Shown: in pieces, positions 1-9,660 of the stretch | Layout: each line of letters begins with the position of its first letter | Position numbering within the stretch: the stretch's first letter is position 1 | NCBI GenBank assembly: GCA_016928865.1 | Contig: JAFGJX010000105.1 | Coordinates: forward strand, 5,786 to 69,785 | DNA length: 64,000 bases | DNA from: Spirochaetota bacterium | GTDB lineage: Bacteria; Spirochaetota; UBA4802; UBA5550 | Reading direction: 5' to 3' | Notes under the pieces: generated by a model | Told to the model about the DNA's origin: nothing | The model's database searches: none | What the model saw: the letters and a program-made list of their open reading frames with translations, nothing else | Position numbers and translations under genes: made by a program

Positions 1-1317
1 TTGTTCAGGCTCAAGACTGACGACCCGCTGATATACACCCGTCTGCCCGAGGGCGAGTTTTTCAAGTCGCTCATCAGCTATTATCTTCTCTCTCGAATGA
101 TGAGTGTAAAAGCGGTAAAGCTGGACGAGGAGATGATTCGCGGTTATAAAGAGAAGGGAACCCTGCTCTATACGCTGGACGAGAACTACCCGTTGATGAA
201 AAAGAGCATCTATGTCAATCCGTCACGAAGAGCGGGGAACAGTCCTTATATTAAGCCCGGCACCAATATTATCATCATTTTTGTGGAGTCGCTGTCAAAA
301 TTTTTTCTCAGGGACGATGTCCACGGCCTGACCGGACTTATGCCGAATATCAAGGCGATGGAGCGCGAGTCATTCGCCTTTACTGACATGTACAATTCCA
401 GCTTCCCCACGATCAAGGGGCTTATCGCCGCGCTCGGCTCGACGATATACCTGCTTGACGAAAATGTGGGCGGCACCAGGATCCCCATCCCCTGCCGTTT
501 CCTGTTCCTTTCGGATATTGTCAAGGCCCTGAATTACACTACGATCCATATACAGTCCGCCAGCGAACGGTTCATCAGCATGAAGGATTTTTTCATGCAG
601 CGGCAGAGTTATGACTGCTTTTACGGGAGCGAAAGCCTCGCGATTGATAATATCCGCAACATGAGCGGAGGATTCGGTGTTGATGACGAAACCCTTTTTG
701 ACTACGTTGTCGGATGGCTGGAGAAATATCCTGGCGAAAAGCCGCTTTTCCTGACGATATCGACCATCAATTCGCATCCTCCCTTCAAGGTGAAGTACAC
801 CATCCCGGAGGCGGGCGGCAACGACATGCTCAATGCCCTGTATTCCACAGACAGGGCGTTCGGGAAATTCTGGAGCTATTTCAAGAAATCGAAGTACCGA
901 AACAATACGCTGCTGATCCTGACCGCAGATCACGCGATGGGCAACAACAAGGAATATATCAGTTTCGTGAAGCAATTTGAGGACCATTATCACCCATATT
1001 TTGACAGGATACCATGCCTGCTCTATTTTCCCGGCGGTGCTCTGCGGGGCGTCACAAACAACACTCCGTGCGTGAGCCTTGACCTGACGCCGACCCTTCT
1101 TGACATGATGCGGCTGGATCTGGCAAATCCTTTCATGGGGCTTTCGATATTCTCCGAGCGTCCGTTTTATGAGAGACAGGTGGTGAAGCCGGAGGAGATT
1201 AATAAAGACATGACTCCCGAAAAGATCGAAAGCGCCAAAAAACTGTTGGGCTTCTACTTCAGCCTCTACCGTGAAGACCGCATTGTGCCCAAGGACTATA
1301 CGGTGAGGTTTCACTGA
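1..1317 (+). CDS. Sulfatase-superfamily transferase/hydrolase (LtaS/MdoB-like); 5' end outside window
   Basis: ORF is open to the window edge. Alkaline-phosphatase/sulfatase-type segments seen: IIIIFVESLS, SSFPTIKG, LILTADHAMGNN. Family assigned by eye. Confidence 0.7.
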   Translation: MFRLKTDDPLIYTRLPEGEFFKSLISYYLLSRMMSVKAVKLDEEMIRGYKEKGTLLYTLDENYPLMKKSIYVNPSRRAGNSPYIKPGTNIIIIFVESLSKFFLRDDVHGLTGLMPNIKAMERESFAFTDMYNSSFPTIKGLIAALGSTIYLLDENVGGTRIPIPCRFLFLSDIVKALNYTTIHIQSASERFISMKDFFMQRQSYDCFYGSESLAIDNIRNMSGGFGVDDETLFDYVVGWLEKYPGEKPLFLTISTINSHPPFKVKYTIPEAGGNDMLNALYSTDRAFGKFWSYFKKSKYRNNTLLILTADHAMGNNKEYISFVKQFEDHYHPYFDRIPCLLYFPGGALRGVTNNTPCVSLDLTPTLLDMMRLDLANPFMGLSIFSERPFYERQVVKPEEINKDMTPEKIESAKKLLGFYFSLYREDRIVPKDYTVRFH

Positions 1318-1331
1318 TCTATGGGTGCGAA

Positions 1332-1814
1332 GTGATGCTCAGGCGGATTGTATCGCTGCTTTCCGGAACCGGCGGCGCTGCCGCTCCCGATGCTCCCGGA
1401 GCCGGCGTGGACCGCATAACCATCGCGGCCTGTGTCCTCCTGCTTGAGATGGCGAAAGCCGATGATTTTTTTTCATCCTCGGAGCTGGAAAAGATACGGG
1501 AAATCCTCCGGACCGATCTCGCGTTGCCGCCTGATGAAATAGATGGGGTGCTTGCAATTGCCGGGCGGGAGCGGGAAGACTCGGCTGATCTCTGGGCCTA
1601 CACCAACCTGATCAACGAGAGCTTTTCGGATGCTGAAAAATTGCGTCTTGTCGAGATGATCTGGGAGGTGGCTTACGCGGACGGCAGCCTTGACCAGCAT
1701 GAGGATTATATCGTACACAAGCTCGCCAATCTGCTCCATGTCAAGCACCGGGACCTTATCGCGGCAAAGCTCAGGGTAAAGGCGCGGACCGGGCGCGCGC
1801 CGGGGGCTATTTGA
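1332..1814 (+). CDS. TerB-family (tellurite-resistance-like) protein
   Basis: TerB-like paired acidic helices (LLLEMAKADD...SSSELEKIREIL; LVEMIWEVAYADGSLDQHEDYIVHKLANLL). GTG at 1332 or ATG at 1335 could be the start. Confidence 0.75.
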   Translation: MMLRRIVSLLSGTGGAAAPDAPGAGVDRITIAACVLLLEMAKADDFFSSSELEKIREILRTDLALPPDEIDGVLAIAGREREDSADLWAYTNLINESFSDAEKLRLVEMIWEVAYADGSLDQHEDYIVHKLANLLHVKHRDLIAAKLRVKARTGRAPGAI

Positions 1815-2793
1815 ATAACGGCTCCAGGTTCCTGATCGCCTGCTCGTAGGTCTCTTCAAAGGAAAGCTTCGATTTGAAGCCCGCGGCATTTTTATGCCCC
1901 CCCCCGCCGTTATCTATGGCGATTTTTGCCACGTCGAGGTCGCCTTTCGTGCGCATGCTCACCTTGACCGGACCCTCGAAGTCCTGTTTTACAAGAATAC
2001 TCGCCACCACTCCCTTGACGGTCAGGGGCAGGTTGATAGCAGGCTCTCCCTCGGAGAAGGCTGCGCCCGTCTCCTTCAGCATGTCCGGCGTGAGTTTCAG
2101 GACGATCATCCTGCCGCCGTGGAGGACCTGCATGCTCGAAAGGATGCGCCCCCTCAGCTCGAAGCTGGTAAGCGCGTTCTGCTCGTAGATCTGCTCGTGT
2201 ATGAAAAACGGCGTGACGCCCAGCTCGACCAGGTGCGCGGCTATGCGGAAGGTCTCGGGAGTGGTCTTCGGGTACTTGAACGACCCGGTGTCGAACACGA
2301 TCCCGCCGAATATCGCCTGCGCCGCCCGGAGGGTGAACTGCCGTCCGTAGTGCTCGATGATGTGGTACATGATCTCGCAGACCGAGGAGGCGTCGGCCTT
2401 TATAATGTTTGACCCGGTGCCGCCGCCGTCCCCCTCGTGATGGTCGATGATGAAGACCTCGCGCACCCTGTCCTTGAGCGCGTTATAGGCGGCCGCGCCG
2501 ATGTTGTCGTAATCGTTCGTGTCGAGCACGAACTGCGCGTATTCATCGATATCATCAGGCAGGTCGTACGTCCCGTCCATGACGTGGATGTCCTGCTCCA
2601 TGTCGAGGAATAGAAAGTTGTCCGGGACCGGGTCCGAATTGACGATGATCGGTTTTTTCCCCAGCTTTCTTAAAAGCTCGATCATCGCTATCTCGCCTCC
2701 CAGTCCATCCCAGTCGGGGCTTTCATGAGTGGATATCACGAATTTATCGTACTTCGCGAGGAAGGCGTCGAGCTTGAGAAAGTCCTCTTCCAT
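1807..2793 (-). CDS. nrnA: DHH/DHHA1 phosphoesterase (NrnA-like oligoribonuclease/pAp phosphatase)
   Basis: DHH motif (FIIDHHEG) and DHHA1 motif (GGGGHKNAAGF). The ATG overlaps the glyQ stop (TGATG on the minus strand). Confidence 0.8.
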   Translation of the reverse strand: MEEDFLKLDAFLAKYDKFVISTHESPDWDGLGGEIAMIELLRKLGKKPIIVNSDPVPDNFLFLDMEQDIHVMDGTYDLPDDIDEYAQFVLDTNDYDNIGAAAYNALKDRVREVFIIDHHEGDGGGTGSNIIKADASSVCEIMYHIIEHYGRQFTLRAAQAIFGGIVFDTGSFKYPKTTPETFRIAAHLVELGVTPFFIHEQIYEQNALTSFELRGRILSSMQVLHGGRMIVLKLTPDMLKETGAAFSEGEPAINLPLTVKGVVASILVKQDFEGPVKVSMRTKGDLDVAKIAIDNGGGGHKNAAGFKSKLSFEETYEQAIRNLEPLFK

Positions 2794-3689
2794 CAGGCGA
2801 CACCGGCCGGTTGTTTCTTGAGGAGCGGGTATCCCATCTCCTCCCGTATCGCGACGTACTGCTCAGCGCACCGGCGCGCTATGTTCCGCACGCGGGTGAT
2901 GTAGCCGACGCGCTCGGTGACCGATATGGCGCCCCGGGCGTCGAGCATGTTAAAGACGTGGGAGCACTTGAGCACGTAGTCGTACGCGGGGAGGGCGAGT
3001 TTCTGCTTCGGATTGTCGAGTATGGCCAGGCACTCCTTCTCGTACAGGTCGAAGAGCCTGAAGTGGAGATCGGTATCGGCGATGTTGAAGTTGTAATGGG
3101 AGAACTCGAATTCGCTCTGGCGGTGGACGTCGCCGTAGCGCACTGTTTCATTCCACATGATATCGGCGAAGTGGCTGACGCCCTGCAGGTACATGCAGAT
3201 ACGTTCCAGTCCGTAGGTCAGCTCTACCGAGATGGGAGAGAGGTCCATGCTGCCGCACTGCTGGAAGTAGGTGAACTGCGTTATCTCCATCCCGTCAAGC
3301 CACACCTCCCAGCCGAGGCCGGCCGCCCCCAGGGTGGGCGATTCCCAGTCGTCCTCGACGAACCGCATGTCGTGCTCCTCGAGCCTGATACCCAGGTGCC
3401 GCAGGGAGTCCAGGTAGAGGTCCTGCACGTCCACGGGCGACGGTTTCAGGATCACCTGGTACTGATAATAGTGCTGGAGGCGGTTAGGGTTGTCTCCGTA
3501 TCGTCCGTCGGTAGGGCGCCTCGACGGCTCGACATAGGCAACCTGCCACGGCTCCGGCCCCAGCACGCGGAGAAAGGTGGCCGGATTGAATGTGCCGGCG
3601 CCCACCTCCAGGTCGTATCCCTGGATGATGAGACACCCCCTGTCTGCCCAGTACTGGTTGAGTTTTGCTATAAGGTCCTGAAAATACAT
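2793..3689 (-). CDS. glyQ: Glycine--tRNA ligase alpha subunit
   Basis: Full-length 298 aa with the canonical GlyQ N-terminus [19 protein letters not shown]...[12 protein letters not shown]. Confidence 0.95.
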   Translation of the reverse strand: MYFQDLIAKLNQYWADRGCLIIQGYDLEVGAGTFNPATFLRVLGPEPWQVAYVEPSRRPTDGRYGDNPNRLQHYYQYQVILKPSPVDVQDLYLDSLRHLGIRLEEHDMRFVEDDWESPTLGAAGLGWEVWLDGMEITQFTYFQQCGSMDLSPISVELTYGLERICMYLQGVSHFADIMWNETVRYGDVHRQSEFEFSHYNFNIADTDLHFRLFDLYEKECLAILDNPKQKLALPAYDYVLKCSHVFNMLDARGAISVTERVGYITRVRNIARRCAEQYVAIREEMGYPLLKKQPAGVA

Positions 3690-3844
3690 TTCATGCTCCT
3701 TGAGACGGGTGCAGCCCTCCGCGTAATTATGTCACCGGTACCGTTGCCGGGGAGTACAATACGGTCGTCGGGAAAATGATTTCCGTCAAGTAATTAATTT
3801 GACGGCGCTCTCCCCGCCGGATGTGGAGGGGCCGCAGGCCGCTG

Positions 3845-5353
3845 TTATGGCCCTTCAAGCTGGGTGTTGTAGGCGTCATGAAGGGTGGTATGCAGCAAGT
3901 CGAAGGATTCCCGGTCCCTGATGTTGAAGTATTCGAGTACCTCCTCGTCGATGAGCTCGTAGCGGAACCGGTTTTTATCTATTTCCACGAGGCAGTCCGC
4001 CAGGTAGACGGTATAAATTGTCTGTTTTAAGTTTTCCGGCGCCATCTGGGGCCGGTGATGATTCTCAATGATCTGGATGAGCGATTCGTTGAAGTTCCAC
4101 TTCCTGAATATCATGCCTCCCAGGGCGCTGTGGGAGAGCCCCAGGCTTATCTCCTCGAGAAGATTGTAGTCGTCGGTGCCCCTGAATCCGGCCATTTCAT
4201 GGAGACGCTTCAAAATCTTTGACTTGAGCGAGAGCATGACGATATAGCCGATATCGCACAGGAGCGCCGCCAGGTAGGTAAAATCGCCCGCTTTTGTCTT
4301 CCTGAGCTGGATGTCGATCTTGTACGCATACGCGGCCCGCTTGTATGAATCCTTCCAGATCAATTCGGACCGCTTGTACCGGGCGTCCATCACCTTGAAG
4401 ACGCCCGTGGCGATCAGGAGCGAATTTATTCCCTTGACGCCGATGATCTTAACCGCCTCCTCGATCGTTTCAGTCTTTTTCACCGTGATGTAACCCGCCG
4501 AGTTGGCCAGCTTCAGGATCGATGTCGTGAGCCCCGGGTCAAGGGATATGGCGGCCGCAATCTCTTTTATGGTGGTGTCCGGGTCGGCGCAGAGCTGCTG
4601 TATGCGCACGATATTTTCAGGAAAGGCCGGGATCTCCTCGATCTCGCGCATGATCTCATCCGCAATACGGACCTTTGTTCTGACCCTGTCCATGGTCTGC
4701 GGAATGGCTATTGCCGCTATGGTGAGGTTATCCTTCCGGTAGACCCTGAAGGCCTCGGGCGGCATGCCGATGTTTTTGAACACCATCAGCGCCATGATGA
4801 GTCCAAGGCCTGCGCCTTCTGAATCGTCCAGCACCTCGTCGAACGCCTCCGAAATATCACGGTACTTGTACGCTTTTTTTACCCGTGACATTATCTTTGA
4901 CTGCTCGCTGTCCACTATCGGGACGTTGTTGATGATGTTGATATAGAGGTATTCGTCCGCGGTCTTGAATGACACGCGAACGACAAGATTTGATTTCTCA
5001 AGCTTTTCGAGCAGGGCGGAGTTGTCCCCGACATAGGCCTCGTCCTTGAAGGTCTCCATTCCGATGCGGTAGTCTTCGGTTTTTTCAATGTCCAGGCTCT
5101 TGATCCTGAAGTACATCCGCTTCAGGTTCGCCTTTATGGCATTGTTTACCAGCTCCTTGACGATGTTGATGATCTGGTTCCGTATGTAATGAAGGTCATT
5201 GTGCTCGAGGTATCGGTACACGCACCTGGTAATGGCTCCTTCCACTTCCTGGGTGAAGGTCTGGAATTGAATATAGAAGTCTTCGTTGTTTGCGATGGCC
5301 TTTTTATAGTCAGGCGGATGGAGAGAATAGCTTATATCATTGCCGCTTGCCAA
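3845..5353 (-). CDS. HATPase-like (anti-sigma/SpoIIAB-type) domain fused to an HDOD domain
   Basis: N-terminal half has an N-box-like ELVNNAIKA and a G-box-like DDSEGAGLGL. C-terminal half is HDOD-like (FPENIVRIQQLCADPDTTIKEIAAAISLDPGLTTSILKLANSAGY). Confidence 0.7.
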   Translation of the reverse strand: MASGNDISYSLHPPDYKKAIANNEDFYIQFQTFTQEVEGAITRCVYRYLEHNDLHYIRNQIINIVKELVNNAIKANLKRMYFRIKSLDIEKTEDYRIGMETFKDEAYVGDNSALLEKLEKSNLVVRVSFKTADEYLYINIINNVPIVDSEQSKIMSRVKKAYKYRDISEAFDEVLDDSEGAGLGLIMALMVFKNIGMPPEAFRVYRKDNLTIAAIAIPQTMDRVRTKVRIADEIMREIEEIPAFPENIVRIQQLCADPDTTIKEIAAAISLDPGLTTSILKLANSAGYITVKKTETIEEAVKIIGVKGINSLLIATGVFKVMDARYKRSELIWKDSYKRAAYAYKIDIQLRKTKAGDFTYLAALLCDIGYIVMLSLKSKILKRLHEMAGFRGTDDYNLLEEISLGLSHSALGGMIFRKWNFNESLIQIIENHHRPQMAPENLKQTIYTVYLADCLVEIDKNRFRYELIDEEVLEYFNIRDRESFDLLHTTLHDAYNTQLEGP

Positions 5354-5849
5354 ATCGGATGTCTCCTCTGCCGCTCGATATGTCGGGCTGCATCATGACC
5401 GTATGCGAACGCTTTTTATAGATAATTTATAAAGCCGCTTTCCGCAGAATCTGCTGAAATTATAAGGGTGATCCACTCGTTCCCGCCGGTATCTGCAGTG
5501 CGTGCCATCGCCGTCATTTATTGGTCATACTTGCAATAGTACGCTATATAAGTTAACATATTCATATTATTTGCAAGCCTTTTTTGCGTGTTCTATACAG
5601 ACCATCGATGGACGGCATGAAAAAAACCTTGATTTTTTCATGACTAAAACGTAATTTTGTTTTCTAAAGTCCATGAAAATTGTCGTGTGACTCTTTTTTT
5701 CTTGACCGTTTTCGTTAATTGTAAAGTTTCTATACGCCGTTGCCGGGCCTTTTTGAATCATGAACCGGAAAAACTTTCATACCATAAGGATGGGACACGT
5801 AATCAGAAATTGATTTGCGGACTGTACCGGATTTCATGGGGAGGGACGA

Positions 5850-6308
5850 ATGAAGGGAAGAGGTGAATTCCCAAGTTTAAATGTGAAAACACCTGATGGA
5901 CTCAGGCCGGGCGGCAGGCCATATAGGATCGTGGTTGTCGAAAGCAAGGATTTCCAGCGTAAACAGCTCGTCCAGTTTTTCGAATCCGAGAGCTACATGG
6001 TGGTAGCCACTGCGGCGAATGGCCAGGAAGCGCTTGATAAGATGTCTAAAATCGAGGGGAAGATCGATCTTGTCACCACCGCGCTCGACATGCCGGTGAT
6101 GGACGGCTATGCCTTTATGCACGAACTGGTGAAAAGGCCAAACAGGCCGATCGTGGTGTTTATCAGCGAAGAGACTACAAAGGGGGTCATGGCCGACCTT
6201 ATCAAGCTGGGCGTCAGCGATTATATCCTTAAGCCGATCGACAGGAAAACAGTTCTCTACCGGGTCAAAAATGTTTTACTGAAGCAGAGGCAGGCCTCTC
6301 CGGAATGA
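5850..6308 (+). CDS. Single-domain response regulator (CheY-like receiver)
   Basis: Receiver pattern IVVVESKD...DLVTTALDMPVMDG...KPI. RBS GGGGAGGG lies just upstream of the ATG. Confidence 0.85.
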   Translation: MKGRGEFPSLNVKTPDGLRPGGRPYRIVVVESKDFQRKQLVQFFESESYMVVATAANGQEALDKMSKIEGKIDLVTTALDMPVMDGYAFMHELVKRPNRPIVVFISEETTKGVMADLIKLGVSDYILKPIDRKTVLYRVKNVLLKQRQASPE

Positions 6309-6412
6309 AAAATTTCTTGTAAAAAAGCGGCGCCTGTGGCCCGATGAAGCAGGCGTTAAAGCCGATTGCTCCCGCCCATGCGCGGGAAACACACAAACAA
6401 CCTGGAGCAACA

Positions 6413-7489
6413 ATGCCGGATACACTCGATACCGCTTCTGAATCACTGTCTGATTTCGCCAGAAAGCTTGAAGTTGCGACATTCTATACGAATGGCGACG
6501 AGGAACGCGCCAGGCAGATGATCGCCGGCTCCCTGAACGATATCTATGTCATAAAGGGCAGGTTTTCCTCCACGTCGCATTTCGGCGCGTTTATTGTTTT
6601 CTTCAACCACTACTACCTGAAGCTCAACAGCATATACGCGATCATCTCCGATGATTTCGCCCTGAAAGACATGAAGACCAGCAGGGACTGGATCACCTTT
6701 GAAAATGATCTTGCCAGCTTTGCCGGCAATAGCCAGCATGATGATGTGCTTGACCGGCAGCTCAGGAACGCCCTGAATACCTCGTTTTCGCTTTCGTTCT
6801 CCGGGGAACTGAAGAAGCTCGTGGAGGAACAGAGCGATATCGAGATAAACAGGCTCTTCCAGCAGGTCGTGATGGACCGCATGGGCCTGCAGAGCGTAAA
6901 CTCGGTCGTTGATATCGAAGTTATATCCTCGCTTGACATGGAGCTCCATTCCCTCACCAGCAGAAAGATCCCCGAGATACAGGAGTTTCAGAACAAGCAG
7001 AAGGAGCTCGAGCCGGACGTCCAGGTCGATACCGAAGACGACGACCGCGAGGTGCTGAAGGGCCGGGAGGTCAGGCTGGTTTTGCGGGGATCCCTGATTC
7101 TCGCGCCCATATCGGGAAGGGACATAGGCCTTCTCGTATCGGGCGACCGGTTAAAGCTCAAGGTCGTCGATACCCACGAAAAGGCGATACAGGTGCTCAA
7201 GGCCTTCAACGCGATCACCTCGGACGGGGTGCAGCCGATCCTGGGCAGGATCGTGTCAATCCGGCACCGGAATGACGGCGGGTATACGATATACGCCATT
7301 GTTGCCAAGGGTATTTACGTGAAGGTCGAGGAGCTCGAGGAGAACATCAAGATCGCCATTGATACGTCCGGTCTTGACGCGGAAGCCGGCCCGGACCGCA
7401 TTTCGAACGCTGCCGTGGGCGCCATTGTAGGTTTGGTCGTTCTCCTGGCAGCCCTCCTGGCGTTTGTCATCTACTTCGTGGTCAATTGA
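6413..7489 (+). CDS. Hypothetical protein with a single C-terminal transmembrane helix
   Basis: Long ORF. Preferred start is ATG 6413 (GGAG 7 nt upstream); the ORF track starts at 6344. C-terminal hydrophobic tail AVGAIVGLVVLLAALLAFVIYFVV. No family recognised. Confidence 0.5.
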   Translation: MPDTLDTASESLSDFARKLEVATFYTNGDEERARQMIAGSLNDIYVIKGRFSSTSHFGAFIVFFNHYYLKLNSIYAIISDDFALKDMKTSRDWITFENDLASFAGNSQHDDVLDRQLRNALNTSFSLSFSGELKKLVEEQSDIEINRLFQQVVMDRMGLQSVNSVVDIEVISSLDMELHSLTSRKIPEIQEFQNKQKELEPDVQVDTEDDDREVLKGREVRLVLRGSLILAPISGRDIGLLVSGDRLKLKVVDTHEKAIQVLKAFNAITSDGVQPILGRIVSIRHRNDGGYTIYAIVAKGIYVKVEELEENIKIAIDTSGLDAEAGPDRISNAAVGAIVGLVVLLAALLAFVIYFVVN

Positions 7490-7504
7490 TCTGCCGGGCC
7501 TGAC

Positions 7505-8269
7505 TCAGAATGGATACCTGACCGGCACGCCGCGCGCCAGGAGCTCCCGCTTAACCTGCGCAATCGATATCTCCCTGAAATGAAAGATCGACGCCGCGAG
7601 CACGGCGTCCGCCATGCCCGCGGTAAGGCCTTCGTACATGTGCTCGATGGTGCCGACGCCGCCCGATGCGATCACGGGGATCGTTACCGCTTCGGCGATT
7701 GTCCGGGTCAGCTCGATGTCATAGCCGATTTTCGTGCCGTCCCTGTCCATGCTGGTGAGGAGTATCTCGCCCGCGCCCAGGTCCTCGACGCGTCTTGCCC
7801 ATTCCACGGCGTCGGTTTCAGTCGGCGTCCTGCCGCCGTGCAGGTATACCGTCCATCCGCCGCTCTGATCCCGCTTCGCGTCGATTGCCACCAGGATGCA
7901 CTGCGATCCGAACCTGCGCGCCGCGTCCGTGATCAGGGGCGGGTTCTGGACTGCGGCGGTGTTGATGGATATCTTATCCGCGCCGTTTTCCAGGATGAGC
8001 CGCACGTCCTCAATAGTCCTGATGCCGCCGCCCACGGTGAAGGGGATATGCACCTCCTCGGCCACCCGCTTTACCATGTCGAGGATGATCTCCCGCCTGT
8101 CGGAGGATGCGGTTATGTCGAGAAAGACGAGCTCATCCGCCCCTTCGTTGTCGTAAAAGATGCCGTTTTCAACGGGGTCGCCCGCGTCAATGAGATTGAC
8201 GAAGTTGACGCCCTTGACGACGCGGCCCTTGTCCACGTCAAGGCAGGGTATGATTCTTTTTGCCAGCAT
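7505..8269 (-). CDS. hisF: Imidazole glycerol phosphate synthase cyclase subunit
   Basis: Canonical HisF from [12 protein letters not shown] through to ASIFHF. Start trimmed to the ATG at 8269. Confidence 0.95.
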   Translation of the reverse strand: MLAKRIIPCLDVDKGRVVKGVNFVNLIDAGDPVENGIFYDNEGADELVFLDITASSDRREIILDMVKRVAEEVHIPFTVGGGIRTIEDVRLILENGADKISINTAAVQNPPLITDAARRFGSQCILVAIDAKRDQSGGWTVYLHGGRTPTETDAVEWARRVEDLGAGEILLTSMDRDGTKIGYDIELTRTIAEAVTIPVIASGGVGTIEHMYEGLTAGMADAVLAASIFHFREISIAQVKRELLARGVPVRYPF

Positions 8270-8545
8270 GCTCGTCGGAACCGGATAGTATAGCGTTGCG
8301 AATGATCTTAAAAACAAAAAGGCGGCATAATAATCAATACAATTTTTTAAAAAAATATGGATCCGTATCGCTGGCCGCACGCCCCCTGTTCCACAAGCTG
8401 TCGCGGGCGCGACATGATGGTCCGCTCCGCGGGCGGCGCCTTCTGCAAAATCTGATTGACACCTTTGTTCCCTGGATACGACTATCCATCATATTCCTGG
8501 CCGGGCGCATGGCTCCCGGCGACGAAACCACTCCGGAGCGGGCCC

Positions 8546-9634
8546 ATGCCCATGAGCAAAGAAAAATCCCCGGTTGAGCGGTTCCAGTCCTTCAGCGATG
8601 CGTACATGCCGCGGATCGACGATTTCATCAGGGAATATTTCGGGGACAGGTCCGCCGCCTCGGAGCTTCCTGAAATCAGCGAGATGTACGCGTACCTGGC
8701 GGAGTACTGTTCCCGGGAGGGCAAGCGGGTGCGGCCGCTGGTCATGCTGCTCGCCTATTTCGGGTATGGCGGCGACAGGAACTCCGTTGATGTAATAAAG
8801 ATTGCCGCGGTCCTGGAAATGATGCATTCCTTTCTGCTCATTCAGGACGACATCATTGACCGTTCCGACCTGCGGCGCGGCGGGAAGGCCCTCCACCTGA
8901 TATGCGGCGAACGGTACGGCGGCGGTTCGCACAACCCGGAGATCGGGAGCCACCTCGCGCTTATCCTGGCGGACGTGCTTTTTTCCGTTGCCGTAGGCAT
9001 CATCGCACGTGCGGATATTCAGCCAGGCGCGAAAGACCGTTTCATGAAGATTTTCGCTGACACCTACGAGATAACCTCGTGGGGCCAGGCGCTCGATATA
9101 CTCAATTCCGCCTCGCGCACGATGTCGTCCCCGGGAGAGACCGCGGTCCGCATCGCGACAATGAAGACCGCCTATTACACTGTGCTCTACCCGATGCTCA
9201 TGGGGCACGCGCTTGTCGGCGGGGACCCGGACGTCGAAGAGGGTTTGATCGGGGAGTTTTCACTTCCCCTGGGCCTCTCTTTCCAGATCAGGGACGATAT
9301 CCTCGGCATCTTCGGGAAGGAGGAGGCCACGGGCAAGCCCTCCGATTCGGACATCCTGGAGGGGAAGCGGACGCTTCTGGTGGACGGGGCGCTTGAACGG
9401 CTCGAAGGAACCGGGCTCGACCGCTTCATAGCTCTCTTCACAAAGAAGGACAAGACTTCTGACGATATAGACGCAATCAGGGCCATTATACATGACAGCG
9501 GTTCGCTTGACGCTGCGCGGCGCCGGCACGGAGAGCTTATTGACCGTTCCAGGAACGGGCTCGCGCGGCTGAACATCGACGGCGACTGCCGGGCGGTGCT
9601 CGGCGGGCTCGTGGACCTGATCGCGAAAATCTGA
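8546..9634 (+). CDS. Polyprenyl diphosphate synthase (GGPP-synthase-like)
   Basis: First and second Asp-rich motifs (LLIQDDIIDRSDLRRG; FQIRDDILG). Start chosen at ATG 8546 (MPMSKEK). Confidence 0.85.
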   Translation: MPMSKEKSPVERFQSFSDAYMPRIDDFIREYFGDRSAASELPEISEMYAYLAEYCSREGKRVRPLVMLLAYFGYGGDRNSVDVIKIAAVLEMMHSFLLIQDDIIDRSDLRRGGKALHLICGERYGGGSHNPEIGSHLALILADVLFSVAVGIIARADIQPGAKDRFMKIFADTYEITSWGQALDILNSASRTMSSPGETAVRIATMKTAYYTVLYPMLMGHALVGGDPDVEEGLIGEFSLPLGLSFQIRDDILGIFGKEEATGKPSDSDILEGKRTLLVDGALERLEGTGLDRFIALFTKKDKTSDDIDAIRAIIHDSGSLDAARRRHGELIDRSRNGLARLNIDGDCRAVLGGLVDLIAKI

Positions 9635-9660
9635 TTCTGCACCGTAACGAGGTTTCCCGC

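Noticed and set aside
370-1314. 314-aa ORF antisense to the sulfatase-like gene
   Set aside because: It is a shadow ORF. The sense strand carries the sulfatase-superfamily motifs.
2811-3779. 322-aa ORF antisense to glyQ
   Set aside because: glyQ is unambiguous on the minus strand. The antisense product has no recognisable features and is a GC-rich shadow ORF.
3806-3822. An 11-nt match (ctccccgccgg) to the conserved block of the repeated element
   Set aside because: It is a short isolated match in GC-rich sequence with no flanking similarity.
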